NCBI GenBank assembly: GCA_965205485.1
Contig: OZ242180.1
Span: 3,520,001 to 3,584,000 of the forward strand
Direction: 5' to 3'
Length of the DNA stretch: 64,000 bases
From: Candidatus Latescibacterota bacterium
Lineage (GTDB): Bacteria > Latescibacterota > UBA2968 > GCA-2709665
Every line of letters begins with the position of its first letter. Position 1 is the first letter of the stretch. A program made the position numbers and the translations under genes. Below, piece by piece: positions 28,023 through 37,431 of the stretch. Below the pieces are notes generated by a model, which had not been told where the DNA came from, searched no databases, and saw only the letters and a list, made by a program, of their open reading frames with translations.

Positions 28023-28317
28023 ACGTTTCGAAAGGCCGCTCCCACGTGCCAGCGAGTCCACGCCGCCAGGTACGTTCTACGAGGATCCGGGACTCAGGCA
28101 GCACCAAAATTGCAAGTTCTATTGTCGGTCCCTGAACGCGGATTTGGAATAGAGCGTCGCAAAGTGCGACAGTTCCCGACGGGACACCGTTGGGTTCCGA
28201 TTCTTGAGAGAAAAACCGGATGCGAAGATTTGGCAATGCAATTGGAAACCTCCGGGAAACTCGAGACGTTTAAGGGCGAGTGGATTCAATGCGAAACGTC
28301 CAGATCTGGAGATTCAA

Positions 28318-30384
28318 ATGAAACGACGGATCGGTGCGCTGCTGCCGGCGCTGGCCGCCGTGTGCGTCCTTCTTCAATGTAGCGAACCCGAAAAACCCCC
28401 GCCGTCCAGGTATACTGGCGACCTTTCCGAGTTGGTTTCGAGAGGCAGACTGAGGGCGATCGTCCCTCTCGAGGCGGTCGAATATATGCCTCGTCATGGA
28501 GAGCAGGTGACGCTCTCCTACGACGTCGCCCGGGAGCTTGCGGAGGCGTTCAAGCTGCAGCCCGTGCTCGTCGAGGTGGGAGACTTTTCCAAGATGATGG
28601 TGAAATTGATGGAAGGCGAGGGCGACATAGCGGTGGCAAGCCTGACCATTACGCCTGAACGCCAGAAACGTGCCGCATTCTCTGTCCCGTACATGTACGT
28701 GGATGAATACCTGGTTACGAGGTCCAACGGCAGGATGCCCGAGAACATCGAAGACCTTGCGGGTATGGAAATCAGCGTGCGCCGTTCCAGCTCTTATTAT
28801 CAGACGCTCATCGACCTCAGGCGACAGATACCGTCCCTGCGAATCCGGACCGTACCGGAAACCCTGAACATTGAGTCCTTGCTCGATGGCGTCGCTCGAG
28901 GCGAATACGATGCAACCGTGTCCGACTCACATCTCTGGCATGCCCTTGCGAGCTACCACGACAATCTGGCGACGCCGCTCGTGCTGGCCGAAGACCGCCC
29001 GATCGCCGTGATGATGAGGCCGGACGATACCGAGCTCAAGACCAGGGTGGACGAGTACCTGCTGGCCCGGCACTTCACGCGGTTGCGCCAGCGCGAATTC
29101 ACGGACGATCTTCCCGGCCTGATCGAGCGCGGCCGCCTGCGCATGATTACGCGCAACAACGCGATGACCTATTTCATCCACCGGGGCCTGCAGGTCGGAT
29201 TCGAGTACGAACTGATGAAAAAGTTCGCATCGGAACACGGCCTGCGCCTCGAGGTCGTTATCCCGAATTCTCATGCTGAGCTGTTGTCCTATTTGAACGA
29301 CGGCAAGGGAGACGTGGTGGCCGCGGCGATGACCATAACTCCGGAACGGTTGGCGGAGGCGGATTTTACGCGGCCGTATAACGAAGTGGAGGAAGTCGTC
29401 GTCGCACGTGAGGACGACGATTCGATCGAGTCAATCCGGGACCTGGCGGGCAGGACTTTCCACGTGCGCGGGAGTTCTTCTTTCTACACGACGTTGACGG
29501 CGTTGCAGGATTCCGTGGATGACCTCCGGATCGTCAGACTACCGGAAGACGTCGAGACCGAAGAGATCATGGTGGGGGTCGAGTCCGGCCTGTACGACCT
29601 GACACTGGTCGATTCCAACCTGTACGACGTTGAGCGCACCTACGGTTTGAAACTGAAAGACGCCCTCAGCATCAAGTCCACGACGCTCGGCTGGGCGGTC
29701 CGCAGGGACAATCCGGCCCTGCTGGGATCGCTGAACGAGTACATCCGGCGCGAAAAAGGCGGTCTCTACTTCAACATGATGAAGAAACGGTATTTCGAGA
29801 ACCCCCGACGGATTGCGAGAGCAAAGGACTCAACGCGGGTCGGCATCAGCGGACAGTTGTCGCCTTACGATGATCTTGTGAAAAAGTACGCGCAGCGATA
29901 CAATCAGGACTGGCGCCTGATTACCGCACAGATGTACCAGGAATCGAAATTCGATCCCGATGCCGTCAGCTGGGTGGGCGCAATAGGATTGATGCAGGTG
30001 ATGCCGAAAACCGGGCTCCAACTCGGTTTCGAAAACCTGGAGGACCCGAACGAGGGTATCCATGCCGGAACGAAGTACTTGCATCAGCTGATCCAGCGAT
30101 TCGACCTGGAGATTCCAATGCAGTCGCGGATTCACTTTGCACTGGCGTCCTATAACGTCGGTTACGGACATCTCCTGGATGCCCGCCGCCTGGCGCGCGA
30201 AAAGGGATGGGACGCCAACCGCTGGTTCGGCAATGTGGAGCATGCAATGCGCCTGCTTTCGCAACCGGCCTATTACGAGCGGGCGCGTTTCGGGTACTGC
30301 CGCGGCGGCCAGCCCGTCTATTACGTCGAGAAGATACAGAGTTTGTACGACGCTTACGTGGAGGTGCTGGACACCGCACAATGA
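28318..30384 (+). CDS. mltF: MltF-like lytic transglycosylase with two substrate-binding (SBP_bac_3) domains
   Basis: Signal peptide ending LLQC; two GRLR...GD(I/V)-x-x-A-x-x-TITPER domains; SLT motifs YQESKFDP, GLMQVMP, ASYNVG. Confidence 0.88.
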   Translation: MKRRIGALLPALAAVCVLLQCSEPEKPPPSRYTGDLSELVSRGRLRAIVPLEAVEYMPRHGEQVTLSYDVARELAEAFKLQPVLVEVGDFSKMMVKLMEGEGDIAVASLTITPERQKRAAFSVPYMYVDEYLVTRSNGRMPENIEDLAGMEISVRRSSSYYQTLIDLRRQIPSLRIRTVPETLNIESLLDGVARGEYDATVSDSHLWHALASYHDNLATPLVLAEDRPIAVMMRPDDTELKTRVDEYLLARHFTRLRQREFTDDLPGLIERGRLRMITRNNAMTYFIHRGLQVGFEYELMKKFASEHGLRLEVVIPNSHAELLSYLNDGKGDVVAAAMTITPERLAEADFTRPYNEVEEVVVAREDDDSIESIRDLAGRTFHVRGSSSFYTTLTALQDSVDDLRIVRLPEDVETEEIMVGVESGLYDLTLVDSNLYDVERTYGLKLKDALSIKSTTLGWAVRRDNPALLGSLNEYIRREKGGLYFNMMKKRYFENPRRIARAKDSTRVGISGQLSPYDDLVKKYAQRYNQDWRLITAQMYQESKFDPDAVSWVGAIGLMQVMPKTGLQLGFENLEDPNEGIHAGTKYLHQLIQRFDLEIPMQSRIHFALASYNVGYGHLLDARRLAREKGWDANRWFGNVEHAMRLLSQPAYYERARFGYCRGGQPVYYVEKIQSLYDAYVEVLDTAQ

Positions 30385-30445
30385 ACGGGAAGCGCAGACC
30401 ACAGCCGACGTTGGAGCGGGTTGAATTGCACGAAGATCCCGGCTT

Positions 30446-31228
30446 ATGAGAGAAGGGTACAATGTGAATGAATATCACCGCGCGAACCGTGCCCGCTGGA
30501 ACCTTGGGGCCGAAGCGTGGGCTGCCATGCACGACCGGCGAGGAACATGGCGAATTGCTCACAGACAGCCCGAGCATGTCTTCCTGCCGCAAGAGATGGA
30601 TCTGATTGGGGATGCGGAAAGAAAGGACGTCTGCGTGCTGGGCAGCGGCGACAACCTGGCAGTCTTCGCGTTCGCCGGTATGGGCGCAAGGGTCACGTCC
30701 GTCGACATTTCGGTGGAACAACTGGCGGTGGCGGAACGGCGTGCCCGCGAACTGGGTTTGACCATTGAGTTCGTCGAGTCGGACGTTGCTGACCTTGGAT
30801 GTTTGGAAAACGCCAGCTTCGACATCGTGTACACAGGAGGTCACGTGGCCATTTGGGTTTCCGATCTCAGGGCGTATTACCGCGAAGCCATCCGCATTCT
30901 ACGCCGGAGGGGTCTGTTTCTCGTCAACGAGTACCATCCGATTCGACGGATCTGGAAGAATCGGGCTTCGTCGCTGGAAGTCGGGTTCAGCTATTTTGAC
31001 AACGGCCCGCATGAGTACCGCGCATCTGAGGACGTGCTTGAAAAAGCGTCTGGTGAAGTGAAGCAGTACGAATTTCACTGGACGGTTTCAGAGTATCTCA
31101 GGGCCGTCATCGAGCAGGGCGTCGATCTGATCAGGTTCGAAGAAATCGGGGATGAAGCCGAGGGATGGGAGGGCGCGCCGCTTCAGGGCCTGCCCCAAAT
31201 GCTCTTGATCGCGGGGAGAAAAGTCTGA
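30446..31228 (+). CDS. Class I SAM-dependent methyltransferase
   Basis: VCVLGSGD, VTSVDIS, FDIVYTG, EYHP; start may be GTG 30464. Confidence 0.9.
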   Translation: MREGYNVNEYHRANRARWNLGAEAWAAMHDRRGTWRIAHRQPEHVFLPQEMDLIGDAERKDVCVLGSGDNLAVFAFAGMGARVTSVDISVEQLAVAERRARELGLTIEFVESDVADLGCLENASFDIVYTGGHVAIWVSDLRAYYREAIRILRRRGLFLVNEYHPIRRIWKNRASSLEVGFSYFDNGPHEYRASEDVLEKASGEVKQYEFHWTVSEYLRAVIEQGVDLIRFEEIGDEAEGWEGAPLQGLPQMLLIAGRKV

Positions 31229-31246
31229 ACCAGAGGTATATTCCAA

Positions 31247-31771
31247 ATGACGACTTTCCGTCTCATCCGGCACGGCGAACCCGACTGGACCCTGGCAGCC
31301 GGCGGTAATCTGAAGGACAGGGAGGACGGCTGGGCGGTACATATCGTTCCGTTGACCCAAACCGGCATCGGCGAGATCGAACAAGCATCAGAATCTCTTG
31401 TAGCTGAAGATTATCAACTGGTTATTTCTTCTCCCATGACACGTGCGTTCCAGTCGGCCACCGTCATCAGCCGGATTCTCGACCTCGATCTTCGCGTCGA
31501 ATTCGATCTGCACGAATGGGTATGCGCGTGGCGACCCTCGCTTGAGCTCGTCGATAAGACCGTAGCCGAGATGCTGTCGCTCGGAGGCGAATGGCCGTCC
31601 GGCGAGACGAGAGACTGGGAGCCGCTATCGAGCGTACGCGCGCGCGTCACTCGTGTTCTGGATCGTTACGGAGACTTCGAGCGCATAGTTGTGGTCTGTC
31701 ACGAAACCGTGATTTTCTCGCTCACTGAAAAATGGGTGGGACACGCCGAATCAATAACGCTGGAGAGATAG
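31247..31771 (+). CDS. Histidine phosphatase family protein
   Basis: LIRHGEP, SSPMTRAFQSA, DLHEW, VCH. Confidence 0.92.
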   Translation: MTTFRLIRHGEPDWTLAAGGNLKDREDGWAVHIVPLTQTGIGEIEQASESLVAEDYQLVISSPMTRAFQSATVISRILDLDLRVEFDLHEWVCAWRPSLELVDKTVAEMLSLGGEWPSGETRDWEPLSSVRARVTRVLDRYGDFERIVVVCHETVIFSLTEKWVGHAESITLER

Positions 31772-31906
31772 CCGCCTTCGCTCGCAATACCTTTTTTGCC
31801 CACTTGAAATAACCCAGGGACCTCGCCGTCGCCATGGGCTTTTATTTTGTCAAAAATGAAACCTGCTACGAGAATTGGTGTCATATAGGAAAAAGGGAGG
31901 TCGCCA

Positions 31907-32122
31907 ATGATTCCTCAATTCAAGTGGTATTGCTGCCGGCATTTGCTTCGGATTGTCTGTATGGATTGTCGTTTCGCAGACAATAAGACATTCATCTTCC
32001 ATAAGTGTAGAGACAAGCTGTATAAGTCGGACCGGATCTGTATGAACTGTGAGAAGGGTAACTGCGCAAACCCACGGGGCATACACGGGAATCCGATGGT
32101 GATACAGAGGAGCTACGCATAG
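31907..32122 (+). CDS. Small Cys-rich hypothetical protein (71 aa)
   Basis: GGGAGG RBS, 8 Cys including CMDC and CMNC, followed by a terminator. Confidence 0.55.
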   Translation: MIPQFKWYCCRHLLRIVCMDCRFADNKTFIFHKCRDKLYKSDRICMNCEKGNCANPRGIHGNPMVIQRSYA

Positions 32123-32150
32123 AACAAGCTTCGGCGCAATGGGCTGAACC

Positions 32151-32194
32151 GAAAGAACCACCTGTCTCCGAACGAGTCGGGTGGTTCTTTCTTT
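32151..32194. terminator. Bidirectional intrinsic terminator
   Basis: GAAAGAACCACC...GGTGGTTCTTTC arms between convergent genes. Confidence 0.7.
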
Positions 32195-32232
32195 GACGAT
32201 CCCTTGGGATGCTCGCGGGGGCCTGACCGCCG

Positions 32233-32941
32233 CTAAGTTCGCGGTACGTTGCCGTCGTAGGGCCGTTCTCCGCGCACCAGCATCCGGTGGGGATTCACCA
32301 TGTCGGAGATTTCGTCCACGCTGTGGTAGCCCATGGTCATACTCATCCGGGTGCCGTCCGTGTGATTCTGCCCGACGCCGTGCATGATCATGCTGTCGAT
32401 GACGAGCATGCCGCCTTCGGGCATTGGCGCGGGCAGGGCCTGGTCCAGGAGATCCAGGGTCCATGATTCGTCGTACAGACGGCCGCCGACGCCCGGGAAA
32501 TGGTGGGACCCGGGCACGACCAGCGTGCATCCGTTTTCGACGGTTGTTTCCTCCAGATAGAAGATAACCGTGACGATCGTCCTGGACCACTGCCTGACGT
32601 CGCGGTGCATTCTCTCCGGCCGGTCCTCGGAGGCCAGGCGGAGCGTGGCGTGGTTGTGCCGGTTTTTGATGAGTTCGATGTTGGGCCCCAGAAGGGATTC
32701 CAGGGGATCCAGGACCAGTCGGGCAGGTGGCGGTTTCGAGGAAAACAGGGTCTCTGTCCACGATGCCCGAGAGCCGTATGATCCGTCCTTCGGGGTCTCG
32801 AACGGCCGGTTCCACCTCCTCGCGTATATTCCTCCAGATCGCATTTCTGAGCATTTTCGACTGCTCCTCGGGAAGCCGGTCTTTCAATTTGAGGAATCCG
32901 TTGTGGCGAAACAGGTGGATTTGCTCCGATGTGAGTTTCAT
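32233..32941 (-). pseudogene. PhyH-family dioxygenase with a one-base frameshift near 32720
   Basis: N-part MKLTSEQIHLFRHNGFL...ETATCP joins LVLDPLESLLGPN...HRD...ENGCTLVVPGSH...HGV in another frame (ccg-A-ctg). Confidence 0.82.
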
Positions 32942-32974
32942 AAGAAACGACCCGATCGGGATAATTTAAAGGAT

Positions 32975-33172
32975 GCTATCAGCTATCAGCGGTCAGCCGT
33001 CAGCCAAAAGCGTCTTATGGCAAGGTCTGGCGATGGTAATCGCCGATATCACAACCGCCATGTGGGCAACCACAAGGGTTGCCCCTACAAGCGCTTCTTT
33101 ATCATACCTGCGGCGTCTTCCTGCCTTTCTTCCTTTTTCCTTCCTCCTTCTTCCTTTTTCCCTCTTCCTTCT
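32975..33172. repeat. Mixed repeat patch: GCTATCA/GCCGTCA heptamers, GTAG-type REP, pyrimidine heptamers
   Basis: 32975-33012 is a near reverse complement of about 21968-22006; GGGCAACCACAAGGGTTGCCCCTAC 33064-33088; TTCC(T/C)T(T/C) run about 33118-33172. Confidence 0.8.
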
Positions 33173-34472
33173 ACGCTTCATCAACCGTCACCGCCACCCG
33201 GTGCATCGAGTTGTTGAGATAGCCCCGCGGATTCCATGCGATCGCGTGCGGCTGGCTTACGCCGTGCGAGTCGGTCGCCCTGGCCCAGACCTCGTAATAT
33301 CCCGCCTGAGGAAACGTGACTCTGGCCCGCCAGTTCTGCCATGCGTACGCGTTTAACGGTTCATCCAGCATTGCCTTCGTCCACGTCGCGCCGAAGTCGA
33401 TCGAAAGATGCACGGAATTCACCCGCCGGTCGCCGGCCCACGCGTGTCCGCGGACGGCCAGCGACCTGCCGTCCGTTCTATGCCCGTCGGCCGGACTCGT
33501 GATCAGAGACTTCACCGGCATGCCGTGTATGATGTCGAAATCCTTCTCATCCACTTTCTCGCCGCGTGCAATCGGACGATTGGGGACCCGGTAGGACGTG
33601 CCGGTCATTTTCGGGCCGTCGTGGACCCGGTCCCGCAGCCGGATGCGGGTCAGCCACTTCTGCGAGCAGGACCCGGGCCACCCCGGCACGATCAGCCTCA
33701 GCGGGGCGCCGTTCATCGGATGGATGGGCTTGCCGTTCTGCTCGAAGGCGATGAGATTGTGTTCGTCCATGGCCTTCGCGATCGGGACGCCCCGGGACAG
33801 GGGCAACTTGCCTGGCTCCCCGGTGAGGTGGGTGTCGGCGCCTTCATGCGCGGTGTAGACGACGTTCGCCTTGACGCCTGCGGCCTTGAGGACGTCGGCG
33901 AGCCGTACTCCCGTCCATTCCGAGCAGCCAACGGCGCCGTAGGTCCACGGGTCTCCCTTCGCGGGAGGATCGAAGAATGCGCGGCCATTGCCGCCGCACT
34001 CCAGCACAAGCGCGCGCGTGACGACGTCAAACTTCCTTTTGAGTTCGTCGATGCCCATCATCGTCGGTCTGTCCACCAGGCCGTCGATGGCCAGCATCCA
34101 TCCGGCCGCATCGGTCTTTACCGGGGGAACGCCGTTATTCCGGATAAAATGCCGTGCTGTCGGCGTAATGGCGTCATCCAGCAGGTGGGCCGGCGTTTCC
34201 GCGTTTAGAGGTCGTTCGTTGATCACGACGAGGCCGTCTTTGCCGCGAGTGACCCTTTCGCCGGCGAGTACGGAAGGGATAAAGTGCGCCGGCATGTAGC
34301 GTTGAAAGGGGATTGTCGAGCCGACCATGGCCCCCATCACCGCCAGTCCCGCACCCTTCAGGAATCCACGCCTGTCGGAACAGGTCTCGCGGCCGAAGAG
34401 AAGCCTGTCGGCCTTGTCCGGATCGCGTCGGTAGAGTTCGAACAATCCCGGACAATCGGTATCCTTTTTCAT
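33171..34472 (-). CDS. Sulfite oxidase-family molybdoenzyme (SorA/SoxC-like), Tat-exported
   Basis: RRGFLK twin-Arg, PLNAETP, FIRNNG, LECGGNGR (Mo-ligand Cys), NGAPLRLIVPGW, KWL, WNPRGYLNN. Confidence 0.92.
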   Translation of the reverse strand: MKKDTDCPGLFELYRRDPDKADRLLFGRETCSDRRGFLKGAGLAVMGAMVGSTIPFQRYMPAHFIPSVLAGERVTRGKDGLVVINERPLNAETPAHLLDDAITPTARHFIRNNGVPPVKTDAAGWMLAIDGLVDRPTMMGIDELKRKFDVVTRALVLECGGNGRAFFDPPAKGDPWTYGAVGCSEWTGVRLADVLKAAGVKANVVYTAHEGADTHLTGEPGKLPLSRGVPIAKAMDEHNLIAFEQNGKPIHPMNGAPLRLIVPGWPGSCSQKWLTRIRLRDRVHDGPKMTGTSYRVPNRPIARGEKVDEKDFDIIHGMPVKSLITSPADGHRTDGRSLAVRGHAWAGDRRVNSVHLSIDFGATWTKAMLDEPLNAYAWQNWRARVTFPQAGYYEVWARATDSHGVSQPHAIAWNPRGYLNNSMHRVAVTVDEA

Positions 34473-34558
34473 CGTCTGTCCTCGTCCTGCTGCATGCGTG
34501 CAAACCAACGTGGTCCGTAAGGTCGCCTGGGCGTGTATTCGGTTCCGGATGGTCCGGT

Positions 34559-35455
34559 TCAATTTCCGAATAACCGCCTGGCATTGAGTGTCAGCGTCCA
34601 GAGACGGGCGCCGGCGAACGAGTTGTGACTGGAGAAATCGGGGTCGATACTGTGCATTGGATGAATTTCGTACTCCCCCCGGACGTCCACGCCGCCGGTC
34701 AGGGAATATGTAAGATTCAATCCCAGCATCGTCCTGCCGCCGACCGGATATTCCGCGCCCGCGTGAAAGTTCACGATAAGAACCACGTCGCCGAGGTCGC
34801 CTTCCTGCCGGCCGTTGTAGAACGATAGCGGAGGATCGTATACCTGGCCGCTGGCGGACGTCTCCGTATGGTTGTCGGAGTAGTGCGTTCCGGTCATCGC
34901 TACGTGCGCCGCCCCCAGCCCAACGCCGACGTAGGGTGAAATAACGCGTTGACCGCCAGGAAGATCGTAGTACGCGTTGAGCGAAAGCGAGCGTACGACG
35001 AGATCGTCGATCGAAGACCGGGTGTTGGAGTCGATCGTTCCGTCTTCACGGTCTTCCATGGGCATGCCATCGAAATTGGTGACGCTTTGAAAGATCTGGT
35101 CGATGCCATTCTTTCGCTGCGATATCGCAAGTTCCACGCGCTTGCGATCAAGGATGCGTCCGATCGAGACCTGGAACGCGTGTCCCGAGGCGCCTTCGTT
35201 GATGTACCGCCACCGGTACCCCGAGATCGTGGGAATGGGATCCAGATCGAAACATGCGTCCGTCGGATAGCAGAACGTGTCCCGATTCCAGCCTTCCTGA
35301 TCGATGTCGTTCGCTCGATTCAATCCCAGCGTCGCGCCGGCGTACCACCCGGAGCGCGGATTTTCGGGGGGCTCTGATTGCGACCACGCGATGGAATTCT
35401 GACAGATTGACTGTAACGCGACGGCGGCGGAAAAGACCAACAGCGCAAAACGCAT
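34559..35455 (-). CDS. Outer-membrane beta-barrel (Opa/OmpA-like) protein
   Basis: Signal peptide, GWYAGATLG, LNAYYDL, SPYVGVGLGAA, terminal F. Confidence 0.75.
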   Translation of the reverse strand: MRFALLVFSAAVALQSICQNSIAWSQSEPPENPRSGWYAGATLGLNRANDIDQEGWNRDTFCYPTDACFDLDPIPTISGYRWRYINEGASGHAFQVSIGRILDRKRVELAISQRKNGIDQIFQSVTNFDGMPMEDREDGTIDSNTRSSIDDLVVRSLSLNAYYDLPGGQRVISPYVGVGLGAAHVAMTGTHYSDNHTETSASGQVYDPPLSFYNGRQEGDLGDVVLIVNFHAGAEYPVGGRTMLGLNLTYSLTGGVDVRGEYEIHPMHSIDPDFSSHNSFAGARLWTLTLNARRLFGN

Positions 35456-35756
35456 TGGGAACCCTCTCCGAGAACGCCCCGCGCCTGCGCCGCTCTGCCG
35501 CACAGCCCGGGAAGTGGCAGCTTCCCTTCAGTTGGACCCCCGGAATATCCTAATTCGAATCCTGTAAAGTCAAGTCTGTTTTCCGAATGGATGCAAGGCG
35601 CCGGATTCGCAGTGGCCCTTCGCTGCTCCTGACGTTCCCGATTGCCGCGGACCGGATTGAACGTTAATTTGCCGGAACCGCACGGCCGGATGTGCTTGTC
35701 TTGCGGCACTCTACGAAGTCACGAACCAATCTGTGGTACCATAGGGAGGAATTTAT

Positions 35757-37424
35757 ATGCTGACCTGTGACGCCGGGCTGCCGCTTCTCGACGCGAGGGT
35801 AACATCGATCCTTTCCGCGCAGGTCCTGGACCGCTCGCGGACCGACTTCGGCGGATTTGTGAGCCAGGGCGTAGCAGGAGGGACCGGAGTGGGGCAGGTC
35901 GTTCCTTTGTGCTATGCCTATCTCATGGAAGGATCCGTACACTATCGAAGTGCCGAGCTGCTCGAGCGAATTCTCCTTGGAGCCGGGTTCGGCCGGAGGG
36001 TCCGTCGGGAGTCCGGGCTGTTCGACCTGGTGGAGACCAACTTCGATTCGGCGCCGGACACCGGCTTTCTGGTGCAACTGATGTCGCCGGTCGTGGCGGC
36101 GGCGCGTGAAGCTGCCGACGATGAAGGCGCCGGAGAGATCGCCGGGGCGTTGGGGGAACTGATCCGGACGGCGACGCCCGGGTTGGCCGCGGGCGGTTTC
36201 CATACGCCCAACCACCGGTGGGTACTGGTCTCGGCGCTGGCGCAGGCGAGGGTGTTGTTTCCGGATCTGGACGTTATGGACACGATCGAGGCATACCTGG
36301 CGGAGACCATCGACATCAATGCGGACGGGGAATATACCGAGCGGAGCACGGGGGTCTACAACGCGGTCTGCAACCGGTCGCTCCGGATCGCCGCGGAGGC
36401 GCTGGACAGGCCGGAATTACTGGGACCAGTGCGCAAGAACCTGGAGCTTTCGTACCATCTCCTGCATGCGGACGGTTCGGTGATTACAAGTGTGTCCCGA
36501 AGGCAGGACCGTGGACAGCGGACGGTCCCGGTCGGCCTGGCGGACACCTACTATGCATTGGGCCGAATGGAGAACAACGGGTTTTATGCGGCGGTCGCCG
36601 ACTGGCTGTTCGACCTTGAGCCGGGCGGGTTGCCCTGGACGCTGCATCCATTCCTGGAACACCCGGAATGGCGCGAAGATACCCTGAAACGCGAGGCGTT
36701 GCCCGAGTCCTATAGGAAGGTGTTTCCGGTATCCGGCTTATGGCGGGTGCGACGGGGCAGATTGAGCGCGACAGTGGCTTCCGGTATTACAGGGGCCTTC
36801 AGTCTGAAGTACGGCGAAGCTGAATTGTCGGCGGTGACGGTGTGCGCCAGTTACTACAGCACGGGGCATTTTGTGGGTGAGGATTTTCGCGAGTCGGAGG
36901 ACGGGATTCGGATGATGCACCCCGGCAGGGGGTGGCACTACGACAGTCCCGGATATTTCCATCCGCTGGGTGAACCCGTAAAACAGTCACAGTGGGAGGA
37001 GGCGCGATGGAATCGAAGATTCACGCCCGTTCCGCCGCTGTCGATGGATCTGATCGTGAAAGAAGTGGAAGGCGGGTTCGACCTGCGGATACAGGCGGAT
37101 GCGCTGGACAGGGTGCCGCTACAGTTCGCGTGCGATTTCGCCCCTGGAGGGGAGCTCGATCTCGACGGCGGTGCGATGCAGGGCATCGCCGGTCAGACCG
37201 TGTTCCTGAAGTCCGGGTACGCGATCTACCACGTCGTCGACGACGCGATCACGATAGGGCCGGGCGCATTTGCCCACCGGATGTGGCGGATGCGCGGGAG
37301 CGAACAGGCGCCGCAGGGGTTCCGGGTTCTGATTGCGCTGGTGACGCCCGCGGATCGGATCCTGGAGGTCCGATGCGGCGCGTGGTCCGCGGCGACGGAA
37401 GGAATATTGAAGAGCGACGATTGA
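35757..37424 (+). CDS. Conserved hypothetical protein, possible alpha/alpha-toroid plus beta-sandwich (heparinase II/III-like) enzyme
   Basis: GGAGG RBS; 555 aa; GGFHTPNHRWV, DINADGEYTERSTGVYN, SRRQD motifs. Confidence 0.65.
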   Translation: MLTCDAGLPLLDARVTSILSAQVLDRSRTDFGGFVSQGVAGGTGVGQVVPLCYAYLMEGSVHYRSAELLERILLGAGFGRRVRRESGLFDLVETNFDSAPDTGFLVQLMSPVVAAAREAADDEGAGEIAGALGELIRTATPGLAAGGFHTPNHRWVLVSALAQARVLFPDLDVMDTIEAYLAETIDINADGEYTERSTGVYNAVCNRSLRIAAEALDRPELLGPVRKNLELSYHLLHADGSVITSVSRRQDRGQRTVPVGLADTYYALGRMENNGFYAAVADWLFDLEPGGLPWTLHPFLEHPEWREDTLKREALPESYRKVFPVSGLWRVRRGRLSATVASGITGAFSLKYGEAELSAVTVCASYYSTGHFVGEDFRESEDGIRMMHPGRGWHYDSPGYFHPLGEPVKQSQWEEARWNRRFTPVPPLSMDLIVKEVEGGFDLRIQADALDRVPLQFACDFAPGGELDLDGGAMQGIAGQTVFLKSGYAIYHVVDDAITIGPGAFAHRMWRMRGSEQAPQGFRVLIALVTPADRILEVRCGAWSAATEGILKSDD

Positions 37425-37431
37425 GCGCAAG

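Noticed and set aside
4899..32122. Classical integron
   Set aside because: No integrase and no recognisable attC sites; many gaps are under 50 bp
31850..32941. 363-aa ORF as a real protein
   Set aside because: Only the first 74 or so residues are PhyH; the rest is out-of-frame read-through after the frameshift
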